From contig OZ245838.1 in NCBI GenBank assembly GCA_965228735.1, positions 4,736,001 to 4,800,000 on the forward strand: a DNA stretch of 64,000 nt, written 5' to 3'. A program made the position numbers and the translations under genes. Numbering within the stretch: position 1 is the first letter of the stretch; each line of letters opens with the position of its first letter. Shown here piece by piece: positions 57,547-64,000 of this stretch. Source of the DNA: Planctomycetota bacterium. GTDB taxonomy: Bacteria; Planctomycetota; UBA1135; UBA2386. Under the pieces are notes generated by a model. It was not told the origin of the DNA, did not search any database, and worked only from the letters and a program-made list of their open reading frames with translations.

Positions 57547-58461
57547 CTACCGCTCTGGAGCTGCTCCGTGCATCACGAACACCGTTCTGCCACTCTCGCT
57601 GGTTACCCAGTGGGCGTCGAGGCTGCCGTCCTCGTTCCAGCGTCGGAACGTTCCGAACTCTTCGCCGTTGCGGAACTCGGCCTCCAGCGCGGGCCGGCCG
57701 TTCGCGAAGAACACGCGTTCGGTGCCGCTCTTCTTGCCGCGCACATATGGCGTCTCACGCTCGATCCGGCCGTTCGCGTGCCACTGGCTCTCTACGCCGT
57801 GCTTCTCGCCTTGCCGGTAGTAGGTCTCCGCAGCGAGTTGGCCGTTCGCATGCCACGAACGTGAGAGCGCCTTCTCTCCCGAGCGGTAGTGCTCTTCGGA
57901 CTTCGTGACTGCCCCTGCGCCCGCCGAAGTGGTTTCTGTCTTCCAGACTCCAATGCGCTTGCCGTGTTGGTATTCGCCGGCCGTCGTGGTGCTCCACCCA
58001 GTCGCTCGGTTGAACTGGGATGATGTGCATGGTCCGTGCTCAGTGCCGCGGACGTAGGTGATCGTCAGCGAAGAGCGCGGACTGCTGCTACTGCACAGGC
58101 CGTGGAGCTGCCCGTTCTCGTAGTTGCGCTCTCCGACCATGTCGCTGCCTCGCCACCTCGTCCAGGTTCCCTCTCGGACGCCATGTGCGTAGCGACCGAT
58201 CTCGTGACCGCCATCTTCGCAGGGTTCTCGCCATTCGCCGTGCTTTCGGCCGGCGTCATCGTGCTTTCCGCCTACCTCAGGTGTCTTCGCCGAGGCTCCC
58301 GGTGTTGTTTCAACAGCCGTTCCGCCTGCGTTCGTTCGCTTCGGCGGCTGATCGAATACCAGCGGCTGCGGGTGCTCCGGGAACAGGGACGTGGCGAACG
58401 CGATTGCGCCGACGGCAACCACTCCGACCACGGCCAAGACAGGTGCGTTGATCTTCGTCAT
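57547..58461 (-). CDS. Membrane-anchored MORN-variant/YwqK-like repeat protein
   Basis: N-terminal TM; repeats WHANG...YxxGEKHG. Confidence 0.85.
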   Translation of the reverse strand: MTKINAPVLAVVGVVAVGAIAFATSLFPEHPQPLVFDQPPKRTNAGGTAVETTPGASAKTPEVGGKHDDAGRKHGEWREPCEDGGHEIGRYAHGVREGTWTRWRGSDMVGERNYENGQLHGLCSSSSPRSSLTITYVRGTEHGPCTSSQFNRATGWSTTTAGEYQHGKRIGVWKTETTSAGAGAVTKSEEHYRSGEKALSRSWHANGQLAAETYYRQGEKHGVESQWHANGRIERETPYVRGKKSGTERVFFANGRPALEAEFRNGEEFGTFRRWNEDGSLDAHWVTSESGRTVFVMHGAAPER

Positions 58462-58462
58462 C

Positions 58463-58494
58463 TATCCTCAAACGGGATATCCCAAGACAGGATG
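58463..58494. promoter_or_regulatory. Tandem TATCC-N7-GGAT(A/G) operators
   Basis: TATCCtcaaacgGGATA (58463-79) and TATCCcaagacaGGATG (58478-94), between divergent XRE and MORN genes. Confidence 0.55.
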
Positions 58495-58555
58495 GTGAAC
58501 TTCTTCGGCCTTCGAGGCCGCAAGCTTGAACTGATGTGGCCCGAGGGCGAGCTGT

Positions 58556-58792
58556 ATGAAGGCCGCCCAGCACGACTCCCGCTACCGAGCCTTTCGCAAG
58601 AGGCTTCGCGAGGCGCGCGAACAAGCCGGGCTGACGCAGACCGAGGTCGCGCGTCAGCTCCGGAGGCCCCAGAGCTGGGTCTCCAAGTGCGAATCGGGCG
58701 AGCGCCGCGTCGATGTTGTGGAGCTGTGTGAGCTGGCGAAGCTCTACGACAAGCCGGTGCAGTTCTTCGTGCCGGCATTTCCGCTGGGCTGA
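58556..58792 (+). CDS. XRE-family HTH regulator
   Basis: AREQAGLTQTEVARQLRRPQSWVSKCESGERRVDVVE. Confidence 0.9.
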   Translation: MKAAQHDSRYRAFRKRLREAREQAGLTQTEVARQLRRPQSWVSKCESGERRVDVVELCELAKLYDKPVQFFVPAFPLG

Positions 58793-59040
58793 TCCAGCTC
58801 CAGGTGCTCGGCAAGCAACGGCCACAGCAGGTGGAAGCGCGGCACACTGAAGCGGCTCTCGCGGTTGCCGACGACGCGAACGACGAACGGCATCACATCG
58901 GGTGTGCCGGGAACGCGTTCGTGCCCAACGATGTAGGTCCCTGCGGGGATAGACTCACGCCGACGCCAGTCGTGACGTGAATCGGCTGCGGACCACGGGT
59001 TCGGGATCGCGCAACGGAGCAAGTAGGTTCCCGGTTCCAT
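58744..59040 (-). CDS. Small hypothetical protein
   Basis: MEPGTYLLRCAIPNP...; overlaps the XRE 3' end convergently. Confidence 0.35.
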   Translation of the reverse strand: MEPGTYLLRCAIPNPWSAADSRHDWRRRESIPAGTYIVGHERVPGTPDVMPFVVRVVGNRESRFSVPRFHLLWPLLAEHLELDQPSGNAGTKNCTGLS

Positions 59041-59135
59041 GTGCGGTCCGTTCGGCGTAGGCGAAGGCGATCTGGAGTTGATTGTCGTCGGCCGCCGCGA
59101 GTGATTCAGGCTGAGACTGGCTGCCGGATGACGGC

Positions 59136-62100
59136 TCAGTCGGACTCTTCGGCCTCTCCCTGAATGCGAGGTGTCGCCAGTTCTCGGTAGCGGCAGAGTC
59201 CGTTGGCCATGTTCATCTGTTCTGGCGTTCGACACTCGGGCTCGAAAAGCCTCGGGCTCGCAACGACGATGACGCAGCAACGGGCGCGGCTGGTTGCGAC
59301 ATTGAACCGATGCGGGTCGTAGAGGAACGCCATGCCGCGAGGCGCGTCCTCAGGCGAAGAGCTGGTGCAGGAGTAGACCACGACGGGTGCCTCCTGGCCT
59401 TGGAAGCGATCGACCGTCCCGACTCGCTCGACGCCACGGCTGGCGAGAGCTTGCTGGAGTGCCGCTACCTGGGCGTTGTAGGGGGCGACGACCAGCACGT
59501 CTTGGGCCGTCAGCGGGTGTATTGCACCCTTTCGATCCATCCAGGTCGCGCCATCAACGAGGAGTTCATCAACGATGTTGAGCACCTCGCTGACCTCCTC
59601 GGGGGAGCTGGCTTGGTTTCCCTCGTGCTCGACTTCGATCAAGTGGAGGGCTTGGCCTGCAAAGCGAGTCGGGCCGCCAATGACTTGTTGTTCCAGGCCC
59701 GCGATCGGCATGAGGCGATTGTCGTAGTAGCACTCCGAGGTGAAGGCGCAGATGGCGGGATGGAGACGCCAAGTTCGATCCAGGAACAGGCCCTGAGTCG
59801 GTTCGAGTGTGGATCCGCCAGGACCGACAACGTGAACGAGCGCCGCGACCTCCGTGCCATCGGGGTGGGATCCACGCCGGGGTTGTTCGAGTTGTTGCGG
59901 ATCTCCAAGCAGGATGAGGTTTCGTGCAGCCCGGGAAGCGGCCAGAACCTGCGCGAGCGCCATCTGTCCGGCTTCGTCGACGAACAGGTAGTCGAGTGAC
60001 TCTGCGGCATCTGGCCGAGACCAGAGCCACGCCGTGGCACCAACGACGCAGTTCGTGTCGATTGCCTCGATGGCCTTCTTGTTGTCTGAGATCGATTCGA
60101 TCACCGAGGTGTCGGGTTCGTCTCCGCCAAGGTGAACGAGTCGCACGGTCTTGCTTAGTTCCTTGGCAGCGACCCGAACCTCGTTGAGGAGGTTGCTTAT
60201 CACCTTGTGGCTCACCGCCGTGATGCCAACCTTGTGTCCGGCGGCGACCAGCGAGGCGATCATGCGAGATCCGGCGAAGGTCTTGCCACTACCTGGAGGG
60301 CCCTGGATCGGAAGCGTTCCGCCGTCAAGCTCGTGTGCCAGGCGTATCGCGGCGTCCAGAAGCTTCTCTCCCTCGTTGCGGACAGCGTTGCCGGTAGACG
60401 GTCCGCGTCGAGGCGGTAGCCGAAGTAGCAAGTCGCGAGCGGCTTGGAAAGGGCCAGGGCCATCCAGCCCATTCGCATTCGCTTGTGTTCCGAGTGCAAG
60501 AAGCGAGTCTTCGAGGGCATCGCTCCGAACGACTTGTTCTCGGAACACCGCTCCGGGGTGCATGGACGCGGTCTTCCCGGTCTTCTTGAGGTCGACGGTG
60601 CCGTTCGTCAGGTCGATGGCGACCACTTCGCCGAAACCTCTGTCTTCCGGATCGTCGATCGATGGGGTCCGGACCTTCTTTCCGGCGCGTAGCGCGATCT
60701 CCTGCTGGGGGAATCGGTAGCGGTGCGTTGGCACGCGCTGCCTGCCCTTCAGCGGTAGTTCCGACTCGAACTGTAGGCCGCTGACGGCCTCGCGTTCTGT
60801 CAGCAGGTCCTCGTGATCCAGCTCTCGGAGCCGAAAGTGCTCCCACCAACCGCACTTCTCTTCGCGATGGAAGTAGCCGGCCATCTGGGCGAGGAGCCAT
60901 CGTGCTTGTTGGTCCTGGGTCCGGGCCTCTGGGTCATCTGAAAGGTCGGTCATCAGCGCGTCGACGACGGCTCCGATCTTCACTTCTCTGGCAGTGACGT
61001 TCTCGGAGGCGGCGTCTTCGACGATGAGCGGGCGCGGAACGTCGTGGCCTTGATCGATCAGTTCGGCTCGGCGGTCCTCCAGCCAGTCTCGCAGTGCCTT
61101 GGTGGACTCGCAGTCCTCGCGGTTGTAGTCCGTGACGCGCTCGCGGAGTTCTTTGGAGATCGACTCTCCGGCTCCGCGTTCGAGGGCCAGTTCAACGTCT
61201 CTGCGAGCGACCCCGGCCTCTTTGAGATCGAGCGCCCGCTCGTATCCCGTCAGCGCCTCCATCTCCTTCAGGCCGTAGCGTTCGATGCCAACCTGCATGG
61301 ACTCGCGGATCACCGCGCGAAGATCGACCATCCGACGGCCACGCAGAAGGCGGTCTAGGACGTCGGCGCGCGTTCCGTAGCGGCCAACGAGTCGCTTGAG
61401 CGCGGACGGCTCATAGTGATGGAAGTGGTAGATGTGGAACTCGGCGCTCGCGTCCATCCGTTCTGCAACGAAGTCCATGAACGCTTCGAAGGCGCGCTTC
61501 TCTTTCTCACGATTGATCGCCCAAGCGTCGTGATAGACGGGGCCTCCAGGTTCGAGCGCGATCCATCCGGTCAGGTATTCAAGCCCGCCGGCGTCCACGA
61601 AGGGGTCGCCCTCGAAGTCGAAGAATACGTCGGCCGGTGATGGCTCCGGCAACCGCGCGAGCCCCCGTTCTGGCGGAGGCGGCGTGAGATACTCGAACGG
61701 TGGTTTCGCCGAAGACCGAGCGATGATCTGGAGCTTTGCTTGCGTCTCCAGTCGATCGAAGGTCTCGCGTGTGCCACGGCTTGGTGGCTCGGGAAGTCCG
61801 CCGAGTGCGCCGAGCTGTTCGACGGTCGCAACGTCCTGGCGGACCAGCTCGCGAATGTGCAGCGTGTGTATTCCGGCGACGAGACTCAAGTGGTCGTCGG
61901 TTCGGCGGCGAGACTCGCATTCGGACCACCAGCGGCACACGTCGCAGTGCGGCACGGGCTCCGGGTAGGTTGCCTGCGCTGGCTCCTGCACGGCCGCGAG
62001 GAGCTTGCGCCGCACGAAGCGAAAATAGGCTGCGACCGAGTTGGTTCGATAGGTTTCGTGCGCGATCGGCGTCACGACATGCAGGTGCTCTGGAGGCTTG

Positions 62101-62570
62101 CCGATCAAGGCCGTGACCATGTCCGCGTAGGCGCTGAGCTGGAGGATCGTGCCCGCGCGGGTCTCGGCCGCCAACTTGGTATCGACTGGTTCGTAGGCGG
62201 AGAAGTCTGCTGTGTCGTCCTGGCGTCGCAGGAGGATGTCGGCTCGCCCGGTCCATTGGCCCTCCGTTAGTGGGGCCTGCACGATGACGTCTGTCTGCGC
62301 AGCGATGGCCTCCCTTGTCGCGTCGAGGTCCCCGGGGGTTGCCTCTCGCAAGTCCACCACTGATCGGCCTGAGGCGCGTAGCTTCTCGACGAACGCGGCC
62401 TCGTGCTCGTTACCTCGCTCGATCAGTGATTCGAGGAACGGATCGTGTCTCGCGGGAGCTGTCCGGAGCCCTCGCGCAACTCCGAGGTTGAGCTGAGTCA
62501 GGTGGCGACAGGCCAGATGCCCGGCGAGGTCGCTTGGCGATAGTCTGAGCCCGGAGTCACTGTTGTGCAT
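59136..62570 (-). CDS. TM0106-family RecB-like nuclease / RNase H-like / SF1 (DNA2-NAM7) helicase fusion
   Basis: GRADIL...PVDTK...QLSAY; FFDFEG, YNREDC; QGPPGSGKT, DEAGQ, GDPQQL, FQGQE, NVATSRA. Confidence 0.92.
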   Translation of the reverse strand: MHNSDSGLRLSPSDLAGHLACRHLTQLNLGVARGLRTAPARHDPFLESLIERGNEHEAAFVEKLRASGRSVVDLREATPGDLDATREAIAAQTDVIVQAPLTEGQWTGRADILLRRQDDTADFSAYEPVDTKLAAETRAGTILQLSAYADMVTALIGKPPEHLHVVTPIAHETYRTNSVAAYFRFVRRKLLAAVQEPAQATYPEPVPHCDVCRWWSECESRRRTDDHLSLVAGIHTLHIRELVRQDVATVEQLGALGGLPEPPSRGTRETFDRLETQAKLQIIARSSAKPPFEYLTPPPPERGLARLPEPSPADVFFDFEGDPFVDAGGLEYLTGWIALEPGGPVYHDAWAINREKEKRAFEAFMDFVAERMDASAEFHIYHFHHYEPSALKRLVGRYGTRADVLDRLLRGRRMVDLRAVIRESMQVGIERYGLKEMEALTGYERALDLKEAGVARRDVELALERGAGESISKELRERVTDYNREDCESTKALRDWLEDRRAELIDQGHDVPRPLIVEDAASENVTAREVKIGAVVDALMTDLSDDPEARTQDQQARWLLAQMAGYFHREEKCGWWEHFRLRELDHEDLLTEREAVSGLQFESELPLKGRQRVPTHRYRFPQQEIALRAGKKVRTPSIDDPEDRGFGEVVAIDLTNGTVDLKKTGKTASMHPGAVFREQVVRSDALEDSLLALGTQANANGLDGPGPFQAARDLLLRLPPRRGPSTGNAVRNEGEKLLDAAIRLAHELDGGTLPIQGPPGSGKTFAGSRMIASLVAAGHKVGITAVSHKVISNLLNEVRVAAKELSKTVRLVHLGGDEPDTSVIESISDNKKAIEAIDTNCVVGATAWLWSRPDAAESLDYLFVDEAGQMALAQVLAASRAARNLILLGDPQQLEQPRRGSHPDGTEVAALVHVVGPGGSTLEPTQGLFLDRTWRLHPAICAFTSECYYDNRLMPIAGLEQQVIGGPTRFAGQALHLIEVEHEGNQASSPEEVSEVLNIVDELLVDGATWMDRKGAIHPLTAQDVLVVAPYNAQVAALQQALASRGVERVGTVDRFQGQEAPVVVYSCTSSSPEDAPRGMAFLYDPHRFNVATSRARCCVIVVASPRLFEPECRTPEQMNMANGLCRYRELATPRIQGEAEESD

Positions 62571-62654
62571 TCTGTCTTCCCGCTTCTGGTCCCGTTCACC
62601 AAGGATACCGGGTTGCTCGGGAAATCGCGCGATCGATCGAGCAAGCCCTCTGGG

Positions 62655-63683
62655 CTAGGCACCTGGGGGCTTCGGCAGGATCGCCGACGAAAGCCGCGGG
62701 TCCTTCATCATCGATCCGATGCTTCCTTCTCGGAACGCTTCGACGAGATACATGATTTCGTTGGGGCCGCCGAGGCCACATCTGTTCAGGCGGAGCTGAA
62801 CCTCGTCGGTAAACCCACTGGTTGTCATGACGGCCCCTGTGTCTTCTCCGCTCATCGCACTCTCTAGTCGCTCGATGACCTTGATCCCGACGCGGTGCGA
62901 TCTCCAACGCTTGAGTTCGATCAAGAAGTTGCCGTTGTCCGTCTTGATGACGAGGTCTTTCCCGCCATCGCGTGTCTCCGGCGTGAGTTCCACTTCGTAG
63001 CCAAGTTCTTGATAGAGATGGCGCATGAAGTGCTCGAAGGCGCGAGGCTCCATCTCAAGCAAGTCCTCGGTCTCCGTTGCGCGATCCATGAATCGCTTCA
63101 CGAGTTGCCGCATTCCCTGCTCGAACTTGCTTTCCGTCGGTTGGATCAGCTTGATGGTGAACCGGTCCAGGTTTCGCGTTAGGTGGAGAAGCTCGCACGC
63201 GCAACGAACAAGTTCTGCGCGGTCGTTCGCGATCAGTCTCGATGGGTCGACTTGTGCCAACGGCAGATCGAGGAGGCTGAGTCGAAACACACGATCTTGG
63301 AACTGGTTGCCAACTCTGGCTCGTAGCCGCTTCGTGAACGGGGGGAGCACGACCTCGACATCCCCATCTTGCGTCGGGATAGACTCTGGGACCGTTAACA
63401 GAACAACGACGACGGGCTTCCCAATTGACCCTGCGAAGTCGAGTTCCGATTCGACTAGCGTGTCGCCCTGCACGGTTTGAATGTGCGGGTCATTGGCCCC
63501 CATGATCAGAACGAAGTAGTCGGCTGCCTCGATCAGTTCGGCTGCGACATCAGGGACAGAGCCATCTTTGTAGGTGACGTTCAATCCCACAAGCGGTGCT
63601 AGGTGCATGAGAGCCTCTCGGGCGATGCTGCCGTTTCCCGCGAATGATCCAGACACGAAGAGCGTTGGTTGTTTCCCCGGCAT
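62655..63683 (-). CDS. DUF4062/TIR-like N-domain plus Mrr-type restriction endonuclease domain
   Basis: LFVSGS...ESELDFA...GKPV; PRAFEH...GYEVELT...RDGGKDL...IELKRW. Confidence 0.8.
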   Translation of the reverse strand: MPGKQPTLFVSGSFAGNGSIAREALMHLAPLVGLNVTYKDGSVPDVAAELIEAADYFVLIMGANDPHIQTVQGDTLVESELDFAGSIGKPVVVVLLTVPESIPTQDGDVEVVLPPFTKRLRARVGNQFQDRVFRLSLLDLPLAQVDPSRLIANDRAELVRCACELLHLTRNLDRFTIKLIQPTESKFEQGMRQLVKRFMDRATETEDLLEMEPRAFEHFMRHLYQELGYEVELTPETRDGGKDLVIKTDNGNFLIELKRWRSHRVGIKVIERLESAMSGEDTGAVMTTSGFTDEVQLRLNRCGLGGPNEIMYLVEAFREGSIGSMMKDPRLSSAILPKPPGA

Positions 63684-63885
63684 GCGCGGATGATAACCGG
63701 CATCGGACGCCGCAGTATGGCTGAGGGCTAGCTGCTGCGGGGTTGCGTCGGCTGCTTGCGCGACCTAGGTCTTGCGCGGAAGCATGTCGCCTTGGGCGAG
63801 CAGGCGTTTAGGTGTGCAACAGTGCGACGGCAGGTCGATCGACCGTTTGGTCAGGTCCGCAGGTGAACAGGCAGCGGCCGCTTCC

Positions 63886-64000
63886 GGGAGTGTGCGATGA
63901 ACGGTGTATTCGCGTGACGGCTGGTGGGATCCTCTGACCCGTAGGGAGCCCACCGATGACCCCGAAGAAGAATGACCGCCACCGAATCCCAGACGAGCTG
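63886..64000 (+). mobile_element. Left end of a second IS256 copy (transposase ATG at 63956, truncated by window)
   Basis: Matches 34944-35058 with one substitution. Confidence 0.95.

Larger units (their letters stand above)
48800..64000. mobile_element. Next integrative element / defence island in the tandem array (right end not in window)
   Basis: A second int-xis-wHTH module starts right after core 2, followed by defence-type cargo; no further core seen. Confidence 0.6.

Noticed and set aside
59136..62570. Cas4/CRISPR-associated call for the RecB-like nuclease
   Set aside because: The architecture matches the TM0106 nuclease-helicase fusion, and there is no cas1 or array.
63812..63821. 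Single GTGTGCAACA match to the arm repeat
   Set aside because: Isolated, with no core or phased hexamers nearby.

Overview
High-GC accessory DNA, probably from a Planctomycetota genome (inferred from a DUF1580-type HTH gene and the signal-peptide style). No housekeeping genes, rRNA, complete tRNA or CRISPR array were seen. The window is best explained as a tandem array of integrative elements stacked at one tRNA 3' end. The 20-bp tRNA-3'-end-like core TTCGAGTCCTGCAGGGCCTA occurs at 11088-11107 and 48800-48819, each time beside 12-bp arm-type repeats and 10-bp-phased TGGCAC repeats. The two cores bound a complete ~37.7-kb satellite-like element. It carries a tyrosine integrase, excisionase, primase-polymerase, AAA_25 helicase with an iteron-like ori, a second Xer-like recombinase, a terminase-small-like gene and a ParB-methyltransferase, but no capsid or conjugation genes. 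This element and the one to its left both end in the same module: a near-identical ~1.7-kb cassette (small basic HTH protein plus degenerate ECF sigma), then a ~2100-aa signal-peptide RHS toxin with a different tip and immunity gene(s), then the att arm. Cargo is rich in defence candidates: four TIR genes, including a TIR-TM-pentapeptide receptor-like protein and two TIR/membrane-effector pairs with no canonical ThsA. One of those effectors has a C-terminal domain resembling small phage proteins. A third element to the right carries RloC-like, HEPN, RecB-nuclease/helicase and Mrr-like genes. One IS256 copy with an 8-bp target duplication interrupts a gene, and a second copy begins at the right edge. 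All family calls come from motif recognition by eye, not database searches.
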